Below, in pieces: positions 8,986-20,912 of a stretch of 64,000 nucleotides of DNA. The DNA comes from an uncultured delta proteobacterium (GTDB lineage: Bacteria > Myxococcota_A > Polyangia > Polyangiales > Polyangiaceae), in contig CAWDXG010000004.1 in the NCBI GenBank assembly GCA_963806225.1, positions 1,984,001 to 2,048,000 of the forward strand, read 5' to 3'. The notes under the pieces were generated by a model. The model was not told the origin of the DNA. It made no database searches and saw only the letters and a list, made by a program, of their open reading frames with translations. The position numbers and the translations under genes were made by a program. Position 1 is the stretch's first letter; each line of letters begins with the position of its first letter.

Positions 8986-11409
8986 TCAGCTCTCGGGGTG
9001 TCCGTCGCTCGCCGACTTGGCGGTGGAGGCGCTGCCGTGGATCGGCGGCAGCGCGTCGGGGCGCGGCGGAGCAGCAGGGGATAGCGGCGAGGTCTTCACG
9101 CCGTCCTCGTCGCCCGCCTCGCGGTCGTCCACCTGGCCGCGATCGACGTAGACGACGAGCTTGTCACCGGGCTTGAGCTTCTTGCGCCGCGAGCAGCGGT
9201 TGACGCGCTCCATCCAGCCCACGCTCATGCCGTAGCGCTTGCCGATCCCGCGCAGCGTGTCGCCCTTCTTCACGCTGACGACCATGCGACGCTTGCCCTT
9301 CTGCCCTTCGAAGTAGTCGAAGAAGTCGTGCGTGCCGGCCACCAGCACACGCGTCTCGCGCTCGTTGATGTGCCGCACGTGGCTCAGATTGGCGTGCTTT
9401 TCGACGAAAACCTGCAGCACCATGCCGGACTGCAGCCGCGCGCTCCTGTCGAGCGAATTCCAGGCCTGGAGCTCCGAGCGCGTGACACGGAAAGCGCGCG
9501 CGATACGCCCCAGCGTGTCGCCGGCCAGCACCTTGTAGAAGACGCGGCGCCGATCGCGGTAGCGGAACTCGCGCGGCGGCACCACCACGACCTCCTCGCC
9601 GTCGCTGTCGCTGGCGCCTGGGCTGTGGGGCGGAACCAGAAGCACCGTGCCCGCCGGAAGCGCCTCGCCCCGACCGATGCCGTTGATGTGACGGATGCGG
9701 TACTCGCTGGTGCCGCGGGCGGCGGCGATGGTCCGGACTGTGTCCCCGAAGCGCACGACGTAGGGCTCGAGGTCGTCCGACCCCCGGACCTTCGCCAGCT
9801 TCTGGCTGGCGACAACGCCCTTGCCCGCCGGCACGCGCACGGGCCACATGCCGTTCTTGCCGGGCGGCGCCTCGGGCGGCGTGCGCGCCGCGAGGTAGTC
9901 GGGGTTCAGCTTCTCCAGCTGGTCGGAGGGGATCTCGGCGGCGGCAGCGACCTTGTCCAGCGACACGCCGGGCTTGACCAGCACCGTGTCGAAGCGCACC
10001 GGCGGATCGGGTGTGACGCCCCCGAGGCCGAAGGCCCTCTTGTTGTTCATCACGATCGCGGTCGCGAGGATCTTGGGGACGTAGAGCGTCGTCTCCCAGG
10101 GAATGCCAGCCTCGTAGCGCGACAGCTCCCAGAAATCGTTCGTGTTGAACTTGCGGATCGCGCGCGAAAGCCCGCCGTAGCCCATGTTGTAGGCTGCCAT
10201 CGCGAGCTCCCAGTTGCCGAAGCGCCGGTGCAGGTCGGACAGATAGCGGATGGCGGCCTGCGTAGAGCGCAGCGGATCCAGCCGCTCGTCCACCCAGCGA
10301 TCGACGGTTAGGCCGTACAGGCGCCCCGACTCGGGAATGAACTGCCACAGGCCCGCCGCGCCCGCGGGCGAACGGATGGTCGGGTTGTGGCCGCTCTCGA
10401 TGAGCGACAGCCACACCAGATCCGTCGGCAGCCCGGCCTTGGCGAGCTCGGCCTTGATAGCCGGCGCATAGCGTCCGCTCTTCTTCGCCCACACGTGCGC
10501 AATCGCCCGACCGCGCGAGCTGTCGCGGTAGAACTTCAGGTACTTGATCACGCGCTCATCCATGCGGACCGGCAGATTCGGCATGGTGAGGGTCTTCAGC
10601 CACTTGGCGTCGGCCGCCGGGATCCGCTCGTCTTCGGACTTGTCCACGACGCGCGCAGTCGGCGGCAGACCCGACGCCTGGATCTCGGCCGAGTCTCCCT
10701 CGACGGGCTTCGGCAGGCCCCAGGACCAGCCGGGTCGCGCTCCATCGAGCGGCTTGGGGAACAAGACCTTGTCCGCTGCGCGGAGCGCGCGGAGCTCGGG
10801 GTCGTTCTTGCCGGCCTTCAGATCGTCGTCGGTGGGACCGCCGGCGACAGCGTGACGCGCGTCCTCGTCGGGCGCCTTCTCCGGCACGCCGGCCGGCAGG
10901 GCAGCCTTGGGGTGCCGGGGCGGGCGCCCGCGGTGGCGGGAGCCGCGATGCGAGGCGGTCTTCTTCGGGGCCTGTTTCGCTGACTTCCGGGCGGCCTGCC
11001 CGGAGTGCTCCGCCTTCTTCGGGTCGGTCGTGGTCTCCGCGCTGGTGCCGGCGGCCTTGGCGGTGATGCGTCGCGTGCCGGCTCCATGATGCGGCCCGAC
11101 GGGCGCTTCGGACGCCGACGCGGTGCTCGCGCGGCTGGACGGCTTGGCGGCGCTGGCGTGCTTTTCGTGGTGCGGCTTCTTCGCCTTGGCGGCGGATGCC
11201 GTCGCGGCCTTCTCGTGGTGGCTCGGCTTTTTCGCCTCGTGGCTCGGCTTTTTCGCCTCGTGGCTCGGCCTTTTCGCCTCGTGGCCCGGCTTGTCGGCCT
11301 TGTCCTTGCGCGCGTGCTGCTTGGCCGGCGCGGCCGGCGAAGAAGCGGCTGCCGTCGCCCCCGCGGCAAGCGAGGCGGACACAAGCATCGCGCGGAGGAC
11401 AAAGCGCAT
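8986..11409 (-). CDS. mltD: membrane-bound lytic murein transglycosylase D-like (SLT + three LysM domains)
   Basis: SLIESG, GAAGLWQFIP, AAYNMG, ETTLYVPKI SLT motifs; LysM repeats (YVVRFGDT, YKVLAGDTL, VKKGDTL). Confidence 0.88.
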   Translation of the reverse strand: MRFVLRAMLVSASLAAGATAAASSPAAPAKQHARKDKADKPGHEAKRPSHEAKKPSHEAKKPSHHEKAATASAAKAKKPHHEKHASAAKPSSRASTASASEAPVGPHHGAGTRRITAKAAGTSAETTTDPKKAEHSGQAARKSAKQAPKKTASHRGSRHRGRPPRHPKAALPAGVPEKAPDEDARHAVAGGPTDDDLKAGKNDPELRALRAADKVLFPKPLDGARPGWSWGLPKPVEGDSAEIQASGLPPTARVVDKSEDERIPAADAKWLKTLTMPNLPVRMDERVIKYLKFYRDSSRGRAIAHVWAKKSGRYAPAIKAELAKAGLPTDLVWLSLIESGHNPTIRSPAGAAGLWQFIPESGRLYGLTVDRWVDERLDPLRSTQAAIRYLSDLHRRFGNWELAMAAYNMGYGGLSRAIRKFNTNDFWELSRYEAGIPWETTLYVPKILATAIVMNNKRAFGLGGVTPDPPVRFDTVLVKPGVSLDKVAAAAEIPSDQLEKLNPDYLAARTPPEAPPGKNGMWPVRVPAGKGVVASQKLAKVRGSDDLEPYVVRFGDTVRTIAAARGTSEYRIRHINGIGRGEALPAGTVLLVPPHSPGASDSDGEEVVVVPPREFRYRDRRRVFYKVLAGDTLGRIARAFRVTRSELQAWNSLDRSARLQSGMVLQVFVEKHANLSHVRHINERETRVLVAGTHDFFDYFEGQKGKRRMVVSVKKGDTLRGIGKRYGMSVGWMERVNRCSRRKKLKPGDKLVVYVDRGQVDDREAGDEDGVKTSPLSPAAPPRPDALPPIHGSASTAKSASDGHPES
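11213..11286. repeat. 21-bp coding tandem repeat (~3.5 copies, HEAKKPS) in the mltD N-terminus
   Basis: tggctcggctttttcgcctcg-like unit repeated. Confidence 0.8.
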
Positions 11410-11551
11410 CGTGGATACCCGGAAGGGGGCGCCGTATGGCACGGCCCCGGCCAAGGCAGAAGGGTGAGCCATCTGCCCCGGACAGGTCAAATCTCATGTC
11501 GAGAGCACGTGGATCTCTGATCCTCGCGCCCGATCCGTGCAGGCCCTCTGC

Positions 11552-12955
<1,404 letters not shown>

Positions 12956-13013
12956 GGCGCTAGCGCCGTCGCGGTTGTGCCGGGTCGTCGAGCGTTCGGC
13001 GACCCGGAGTCTG

Positions 13014-14057
13014 CTACAGGCAACCGTTCTTCGTGCCCGGCGAGGGCGTCGAATCGGGCTGGAACGACGCGCCCATGTCCTCGCTGGTCTCGTCGTGGCC
13101 GGTGATGCCGTTGCCACCGCTCAGCGTCTCGCCGTTTTCGATGCCGCAGCGCTCGATCGCGACGACCGCGCCAGCATCGGCCGCGGCTGACGGCACTGCC
13201 GGCTTCTGCGAGGCGCGCGCCGTGTCGGCCTGGTAGCCGCTGACCGAGGTCTTGTCGATGCGCGTGTTGTCGTCGAAGGTCGCGCCCGCGGCCTGCCACG
13301 TCACGTAGTCAACGTCCTTGACGGTACTGGCGCTGCCGTCCCACGAAAACAGCACGATCATCTCGCGGTCGTTGCTGATCAGGCTGCCCGACTTGTTGCC
13401 TACGCTGCCGTTCTTGGGAATCGTCATGGCAGGCACGCTGCCGCTACCGCAGCTCAGCGCTTTGCCGTTCGAGGCCAGGATCAGATCCGGGCAATTCCCG
13501 TACTCTGCTTCGAAACCGGGATCGGCAGCGATGACCAGCACCGCACCGGCAGCGATCTTCGTGCCCGAGGGGAACTGCGCGAGGAAGTCGGTCTGCGGCG
13601 TGCCCTGCGGGTTCCACGGACCGCTCGTGATCTTGTAATAGGCCGAGTTGTCGGCCACGTAGTAGTCGGAGAGGTCGACCTCGGCCGAAGTCGGGTTGTA
13701 GATCTCGATGAACTCGGCGGTCCCGGGCTCAAGCCCGACCTCGGAGATCAGCAGGTGATCGCCCGCCGTCCCGGAGCCGCCGCCCGTGCCGCCGGTGCCA
13801 GCCGTGCCGCCGGTCCCGGCCGTGCCGCCGCTGCCGGCCGTGCCGCCGCTGCCGGCCGTGCCGCCGCTGCCGGCCGTGCCGCCGCTGCCGGCTGTGCCAC
13901 CCGTGCCTCCGGTGCTGCCGCCGGTTCCGCCGGTGGCGCCTGCCGTTCCGCCGCTGCCGCCGCTGCCGTTGCCCGAATCACTGCTCGAGCAACCCGCCTG
14001 TGCGAGCGCAACCGCAGACACCAAGATCACACAACACCCGAGAAGACGTCGCCCCAT
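13014..14057 (-). CDS. lipoprotein with Gly/Thr linker and lamin-tail-like domain
   Basis: Lipobox AQAGC; GGTAGS repeats; LLISEV...EFIEIYNPT..VDLSDYY lamin-tail-domain signature. Confidence 0.8.
   Translation of the reverse strand: MGRRLLGCCVILVSAVALAQAGCSSSDSGNGSGGSGGTAGATGGTGGSTGGTGGTAGSGGTAGSGGTAGSGGTAGSGGTAGTGGTAGTGGTGGGSGTAGDHLLISEVGLEPGTAEFIEIYNPTSAEVDLSDYYVADNSAYYKITSGPWNPQGTPQTDFLAQFPSGTKIAAGAVLVIAADPGFEAEYGNCPDLILASNGKALSCGSGSVPAMTIPKNGSVGNKSGSLISNDREMIVLFSWDGSASTVKDVDYVTWQAAGATFDDNTRIDKTSVSGYQADTARASQKPAVPSAAADAGAVVAIERCGIENGETLSGGNGITGHDETSEDMGASFQPDSTPSPGTKNGCL
13816..13887. repeat. 18-bp coding tandem repeat x4 (GGTAGS linker)
   Basis: ccggccgtgccgccgctg repeated four times. 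Confidence 0.85.
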
Positions 14058-14180
14058 GAGCGGGAGGCTACCCGCCTGTGCGGCGCTGTCAATGGCGCGA
14101 AGCGGCGCAGGCGACCCGCCGCTCTCCGGAAATCATTCGCGAATCCCCGGCCGCCACACTAGGTTCAGTGCCCCTCACGC

Positions 14181-14846
14181 ATGGGAAACCCCTCGGACAC
14201 CGCGCTGCTGGAGGGTCGCCGGCTGGGCCGCCACCTGGGAGGACGCTGGATCTGGCGTGGGCTCGACTTCGAGCTCCGTACCGGCGAACGACTCGGCGTG
14301 GCAGGGCCGTCGGGCACGGGCAAGACGCTGCTGCTGCGCGCGCTCGCCGGCCTCGATCCGATCGACGAGGGAGAGGTCCGCTACCGCGGGCAGGCGCTGA
14401 CCGCGGTCGGCATGCCGCGCTATCGCGCCCAGGTTGTCTACCTGCACCAGCGTCCGGGGATGTTGCCCGGCGACGTGGAACAGAATCTGCGGGCCCCGTT
14501 CGCGCTGAAGGCGCACACAGCGCAGAGCTATCCGGCAGAGCGCGCGAGGACGCTGCTCTCCGCGCTCGGGCAGCGCGAGGACCTGGGCCCGGAAGCCGCC
14601 GATGGGCTTTCGGGCGGCGAGTCGCAAGCGGTAGCCCTGGTCCGGGCGCTGCTGATCGAGCCGAGCGTGCTTCTGCTGGACGAGGCGACGGCCAGCCTCG
14701 ACGCTGAACGCGTCACGCTCGTCGAGGCCACGGTCGACGCGTGGCTGCGGGACGACCCGGAGCGCGCGGTGGTCTGGGTGAGCCACGCGCGCGAACAACT
14801 GCTGCGCGTCACCGACCGGATGTTCGAGCTCGAGGACAGCGGATGA
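14181..14846 (+). CDS. ABC transporter ATP-binding protein (FetA/YbbL-like)
   Basis: Walker A GPSGTGKT, LSGGE, LLLDEATASLD, VSH; coupled to a UPF0014 permease. Confidence 0.88.
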   Translation: MGNPSDTALLEGRRLGRHLGGRWIWRGLDFELRTGERLGVAGPSGTGKTLLLRALAGLDPIDEGEVRYRGQALTAVGMPRYRAQVVYLHQRPGMLPGDVEQNLRAPFALKAHTAQSYPAERARTLLSALGQREDLGPEAADGLSGGESQAVALVRALLIEPSVLLLDEATASLDAERVTLVEATVDAWLRDDPERAVVWVSHAREQLLRVTDRMFELEDSG

Positions 14847-15640
14847 AGGCGGAGTACATCGCGATCGGCACGCTCGAGCTCGGCCTGGCCGCGCTCCTGA
14901 TGGTCGCCAACTTCGCCATCTCGATCGCGCTCCGCCTCGGGCTCGCGAAGAACCTGGCGATCGCCTCGGTGCGCATGGTCGTGCAGCTGCTCTTGGTCGG
15001 GCTGGTGCTCGGCTGGGTGTTCTCGCTGCGCTCACCGGCACCGGTGCTCGCCCTGGCGCTGGTCATGGCCTCGGTGGCCGGCGTCGCCGCGGTGAACCGC
15101 ACCCGCCGCCGCTTCGCCGGGATCTACTGGAACAGCCTGGTGAGCGTGGTCTCGGCTGCGTTCCTGGTGACGGGACTGGCGCTCGCCGGCATCGTACGCG
15201 TCCGCCCGCCCTACGAGCCGCAGTATCTCATCCCATTGCTCGGCATGGTGCTCGGCAACACCTTGAACGGCATCTCGCTGGGGCTCGATCGCTTCATGGA
15301 ACAGCTCGACTCGGGACGGGTGCGCGTCGAGACGCTGCTAGCGCTCGGCGCAACGCGCTGGGAGGCGGCGCACGGCGCGGTCCGGGAATCGCTGCGCACC
15401 GCGATGATCCCGACCATCAACTCGATGATGGTGATGGGCATCGTGAGCCTGCCCGGCATGATGACCGGACAGATCCTCGCGGGCGCCGATCCCGGCGACG
15501 CTGTTCGCTACCAGATCGTGATCATGTTCATGATCGCGTCGGCGACGGCGCTCGGCGCAATCGCGATCGTGCTGCTCGCCTTCCGCGCTCTGTTCGACGC
15601 GCATCACCGGCTCAGGCTGGACCGGCTCGGATCCGCGTAG
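14843..15640 (+). CDS. fetB: UPF0014/FetB-family ABC permease
   Basis: ATGA overlap with the ATPase; IPLLGMVLGN, LALGATRWEA, GIVSLPGMMTGQILAG, AVRYQIVIMF. Confidence 0.88.
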   Translation: MKAEYIAIGTLELGLAALLMVANFAISIALRLGLAKNLAIASVRMVVQLLLVGLVLGWVFSLRSPAPVLALALVMASVAGVAAVNRTRRRFAGIYWNSLVSVVSAAFLVTGLALAGIVRVRPPYEPQYLIPLLGMVLGNTLNGISLGLDRFMEQLDSGRVRVETLLALGATRWEAAHGAVRESLRTAMIPTINSMMVMGIVSLPGMMTGQILAGADPGDAVRYQIVIMFMIASATALGAIAIVLLAFRALFDAHHRLRLDRLGSA

Positions 15641-15646
15641 CCGGCG

Positions 15647-15713
15647 CCGGGGTGGCGGAACCCCGGGGTGGCAGAACCCCGGGGTCTACCGCCCCAGGGG
15701 GCGCCGCCCCCGA
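15647..15713. repeat. intergenic 16-bp tandem repeat (~2.5 copies) followed by a GGGGGC-N3-GCCCCC hairpin
   Basis: ccggggtggcggaacc / ccggggtggcagaacc / ccggggt, then gggggcgccgccccc. Confidence 0.6.
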
Positions 15714-15812
15714 CAACAGGGAATCGACGGGGGTCAGGGAATACGGCGGATCGCACCGTGGTTCGTGCGCATCGGGCTGGCTCCGTCCTGCCCATCGAAG
15801 GAGAGAACCAAC

Positions 15813-16031
15813 ATGAAGAAATCGATCGCCCAGCTCGGGATCGTGGTGGCCGCTCTTGCCGTGTCGTCTCTGGCGCTCGCCAAGCCGCACACCCATACCC
15901 AACACGCTTCGCACGCGGCGCACGCGCTGACGAAGCACGCTGGCAAGAAGGGCGCTCACGACAAGGGCCACCACAAGGCCAAGGGCCACCACAAGGCCAA
16001 GTCGCACGCCAAGAAGTCCGGGAAGAAGTAG
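15813..16031 (+). CDS. small secreted His/Lys-rich protein (72 aa)
   Basis: AAGGAG RBS; signal peptide ending ALA; mature part rich in H and K with KGHHKA x2. Confidence 0.8.
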   Translation: MKKSIAQLGIVVAALAVSSLALAKPHTHTQHASHAAHALTKHAGKKGAHDKGHHKAKGHHKAKSHAKKSGKK

Positions 16032-16144
16032 CCGCATCCCGGGTCTGTGCCCCGCGCCGGTGGACGCCGATGAACACTCGAGGGGGAGTGGCGGCAGCGG
16101 CACACCGGCGCGGGGGCGGCGCCGCAGCATGCTAGCGTGGCGGC

Positions 16145-17035
16145 ATGCACCGCCGACTGCCCTGGACCGGACTGGCCGCAGCCGCTGCACTGGCCGCGGC
16201 CTGCTCGACCAGCACCGGAGAGGTGGCCAGCGGACGGAATCTCGACGCCGCGGCGAGCGGCGGCAGCGCGGGGATGGCCGACGCCGGCAACACGACGGAC
16301 GCTGGCGGAGGCTCGGTCGGCAGCGGTGGCTCGGCTGGCGCACCGGCCTGCGACAGCCGCTTCAGCATCTCGCCCGACCCGCCCGGTAGCGGAACCCTGA
16401 CGAGCGTCGGGTTCACCGACACGAGCCCGCTGACCTACATCAAGCTCGACGCTACCGGACCGGGGACGGCCACGCTGGTGACGCAGGGCATCACCACCAG
16501 CAATCCCTGGACCTGGACCTGGTCCGTCACCGATCTGGCCCCGGGCGTGTGGACGTTCACTTTCAGCGCAGGGAGCCCGCAGAAGCCTGTGGCCACCTGC
16601 CAGAAGAACGTGCTCGACACCGGGACGCCACCACCTCCGCCGCCTCCGCCCAAGGGCTCCTGCGACGGCAAGGTCTGCGGAGACGACGACGGCAACGGCG
16701 GCAAGTGTACGACCTGCCCGATGGTGGGCAGTTGTCTGTCGCCTCCGTCACCCTACGGACCGGGCGGCAAGGGCAGCTGGTCCTGCCTGGACACCGCCGG
16801 CTGTCTCGAAGGCAGCGGGCTCTGCAAGATCTGGTGTCCATTCGAGCCCTGCGACACACAGAAGCACCCGAATGGCTGCCCGAACAACACCGAGGCCTGC
16901 TACGTCCCGGCCGGGACGACCTCGTACGAGGACGCCTGCAAGTCCTGCTGCGAGAGCGCGCCCCGCAATTCCTGTTGGGACAGTGCCTACAGCCTGTGCC
17001 GCTATCCTGGCGAATGCGGAACCCCGCTCCCCTGA
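16145..17035 (+). CDS. Cys-rich lipoprotein, hypothetical
   Basis: Lipobox LAAAC; Gly linker, beta-rich middle, poly-Pro stretch, Cys-rich C-terminus. Confidence 0.78.
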   Translation: MHRRLPWTGLAAAAALAAACSTSTGEVASGRNLDAAASGGSAGMADAGNTTDAGGGSVGSGGSAGAPACDSRFSISPDPPGSGTLTSVGFTDTSPLTYIKLDATGPGTATLVTQGITTSNPWTWTWSVTDLAPGVWTFTFSAGSPQKPVATCQKNVLDTGTPPPPPPPPKGSCDGKVCGDDDGNGGKCTTCPMVGSCLSPPSPYGPGGKGSWSCLDTAGCLEGSGLCKIWCPFEPCDTQKHPNGCPNNTEACYVPAGTTSYEDACKSCCESAPRNSCWDSAYSLCRYPGECGTPLP

Positions 17036-17072
17036 GAAAAGGAGAGCGGGGCGCTTGTGCAGGACCGCGCGC

Positions 17073-18608
<1,536 letters not shown>

Positions 18609-18743
18609 GGGACTCCTCGTAGTCGAAAACCCGGCCTCGGATCGGGCGGCCGGAACACCCGCGAGCGGGCGCGCCCCCGAGCACGCCCGAAAACCTGTTG
18701 TCGTCGTTCGAACAGGTGGTCGTCCGGATTCATTCCGACCCCG

Positions 18744-18789
18744 AAAAGCGCGAAAGCGGCGGCAGGCCGTGGCCCGTCGCCGCTTTCGC
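18744..18789 (-). terminator. probable intrinsic terminator of the hsp20 pair
   Basis: 14-bp stem gcgaaagcggcggc/gtcgccgctttcgc (one wobble) followed by a short T run on the minus strand. Confidence 0.6.
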
Positions 18790-18805
18790 CCCCTGCCGCT
18801 GCCTT

Positions 18806-19189
18806 CTACCCGCTCTTCACCTCGATGCGTCGTGGCCGGAGCGACGCGGCTTTCGGCAGATGGAGCGTCAATACCCCGGCCTTGAGCTCGGCGCCGATCT
18901 TCTCGCGGTCGATGCCGCGCGGCAGACGGAACTCCCGCCGGAAATCCGTCGCGCGGAATTCCGCGGCCAGCGGAGTCGCCGAAATCCCCGCGCTGCGCCG
19001 GCCTTCCAGGACAAGCTCGTCCTGGTCGACGTGGATCCCGAGCGCATCCGTGACAACACCGGGCAGATCGCAGATCAGGAGCAGCTCCTGCTCGTTCTCG
19101 TAGACGTCGACGCGGGGAGTCGCGGTCGGTCGCTCTTCCACATTCTCCAGGCGTTGGCTGGAAGGACGCAGGTTCGATTCTGTGGCCAT
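18806..19189 (-). CDS. Hsp20/alpha-crystallin small heat-shock protein
   Basis: PRVDVYE, DLPGV, FRREFRLP, AELKAGVLTLHLPK; GGAGG-like RBS. Confidence 0.92.
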   Translation of the reverse strand: MATESNLRPSSQRLENVEERPTATPRVDVYENEQELLLICDLPGVVTDALGIHVDQDELVLEGRRSAGISATPLAAEFRATDFRREFRLPRGIDREKIGAELKAGVLTLHLPKAASLRPRRIEVKSG

Positions 19190-19218
19190 GACGTTTCCTC
19201 CTTTTCGATCCGCTCGTG

Positions 19219-19653
19219 TCATGAGGCCTTGACCTGGATCCGGCGAGGCTTCACCTCCACCGCCTTCTCCAACGTGATCACGAGAACTCCGTCCCGGAGC
19301 GCGGCGCCGACCCTTTCGGGATCGACCTTCGCGGGCAGGGCGTAGCTGCGCGAGAAGCGGAACGGAGCCCGTTCCTGCCTGTGCACGGAATATCCCTCGG
19401 GCGCGTCGACCTTGCGCTGACCGGACAACCTGAGGACGTCCTGGGTCAGCGTGATCTCCACGTCCTTGTCCGTCAGACCCGGGAGCTCGGCCTCGATCAC
19501 GAAAGCCGTCCCGGTGTCGTAGAGATTGCTGGGCGGATAGGAAGCTGAACGGTGCGAAGGACCCTGCCTCTCCACCTCGTCGAAGGCCCGGTCCATCCGG
19601 CGACGGAGCTGGTCCATCAACCGGAGCGTGGTGTCGAAGTCGTTGCCGAACAT
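19219..19653 (-). CDS. Hsp20/alpha-crystallin small heat-shock protein
   Basis: YPPSNLYD, AELPG, FSRSYALP, LRDGVLVITLEK; AGGAGG RBS. Confidence 0.92.
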   Translation of the reverse strand: MFGNDFDTTLRLMDQLRRRMDRAFDEVERQGPSHRSASYPPSNLYDTGTAFVIEAELPGLTDKDVEITLTQDVLRLSGQRKVDAPEGYSVHRQERAPFRFSRSYALPAKVDPERVGAALRDGVLVITLEKAVEVKPRRIQVKAS

Positions 19654-19760
19654 GGCACATTCCTCCTGTCGCCTCCGACAAGCACAGCCGTGCCGTCGGA
19701 ATACTGTTCCAGGTAGCTCTACCCCTGGAGCGGTGGATCCCGCTGTCGGGAGCGTGGCAA

Positions 19761-19788
19761 AAATGTGCACGCCTACGCCGCTGTCAAG
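19761..19788 (-). promoter_or_regulatory. putative heat-shock (sigma32-like) or sigma70 promoter of the hsp20 pair
   Basis: Minus strand CTTGAC-N14-GCACATTT about 110 nt upstream of hsp20. Confidence 0.5.
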
Positions 19789-19832
19789 AGCGGACCGGGC
19801 GACACGCGACCCCGCGCTCGGTCCGCGCCGGC

Positions 19833-20912
19833 TCAGCCGCCGAGGCCGGCAATGAAGTTCGCGATCTCGCCGAGCGGCAGACTTTGCGACACGACGCCGG
19901 CGCGCACCGCCGAGCCCGGCATCCCGTACACCACGGCAGTCGACTCGCTCTCCGCGACCACAATCCCGCCGCGTTCGACGATGTCGCGGGCGCCCTGCAC
20001 GCCGTCGTCGCCCATGCCGGTGAGGATGATGCCCACAGCGCGTCGGCCGGCAACTTCCGCGACGCTGGAGAGCAGGCGATCTGCGCTCGGAACGTAGCGG
20101 TCCTCCGGATCCGGAGCCCGCACCCGCACCCTGAGGCTGCTCGCGCTCCCGGGCACGAGCTCCACCTCCATGCACTTGCGTCCAGGGCAGACGAAGGCAG
20201 TCGTCTCGCCGATGGCTGCCAGGTCCTGGGCCTCGCTCACGTTCATCATCGAACGACGATCAAGACGATCCGCGAACGTGCGCGTGAACTTGTCGGGCAT
20301 GTGTTGCGCGACGAGCAACGCATCACGCAGCCGCGGCGGGAGCGCAGTGAAGATTTCCATCAGCGCCGACGGCCCGCCTGTCGACGATGCTATTGCGACG
20401 AGATAGCGCGGCGGCGCGGTCGGCGCCTGCACGGGCGCCCGCTCCGATTCCACGCCGCTCAAGGACTCGAAGACCCGGCGGCCCATGAGGTTCGTGTTCC
20501 TCAGCGTGCGCGCCAGGAGGATCTTCTGCACCAGCTCGTCGCGGACGGAAGCCAGCTCTGCGTCGGCATACCGGTCCGGCTTTGCGACGAAGTCGAGTGC
20601 GCCCAACTCGAGCGCCTTGAAGACGTTTTCCTTCTGGCTGTAGCTGGAAACCACCACGACCGGCGTGGGCATCTTGCTCATCAGGATGCGCAGGAAGGTA
20701 AAGCCATCCATGCGCGGCATCTCCAGGTCCAACGTGATCACGTCGGGCTTGAGCAGGGAGACCAGACGCAGCGCCTCCTCGCCGTCGGCTGCCTTGCCGA
20801 CGACCTTCACCTCCGGGCTGGCCGCGACTGTCTCGGCGATGCTGCGCCGGTTGTATGCCGAGTCATCGACAACCAGCAGCCTGAGAGGCTCACGATCCAT
20901 GGTGACGACCAT
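19833..20912 (-). CDS. cheB: chemotaxis response regulator protein-glutamate methylesterase
   Basis: Receiver domain (VVDDS, TLDLEMP) plus SSTGGP, QHMP, LTGMGDDG, VYGMP. Confidence 0.95.
   Translation of the reverse strand: MVVTMDREPLRLLVVDDSAYNRRSIAETVAASPEVKVVGKAADGEEALRLVSLLKPDVITLDLEMPRMDGFTFLRILMSKMPTPVVVVSSYSQKENVFKALELGALDFVAKPDRYADAELASVRDELVQKILLARTLRNTNLMGRRVFESLSGVESERAPVQAPTAPPRYLVAIASSTGGPSALMEIFTALPPRLRDALLVAQHMPDKFTRTFADRLDRRSMMNVSEAQDLAAIGETTAFVCPGRKCMEVELVPGSASSLRVRVRAPDPEDRYVPSADRLLSSVAEVAGRRAVGIILTGMGDDGVQGARDIVERGGIVVAESESTAVVYGMPGSAVRAGVVSQSLPLGEIANFIAGLGG

Noticed and set aside
13780..13970. CRISPR-like periodic repeats (also 38570-38740, 39735-39870, 46781-46950)
   Set aside because: Spacer-less in-frame Gly/Thr/Ser linker repeats inside protein genes; no cas genes.
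18693..18717. ACCTGTT-N11-AACAGGT inverted repeat upstream of degP as an operator
   Set aside because: Single 7-bp-arm occurrence with no matching known motif; insufficient support.
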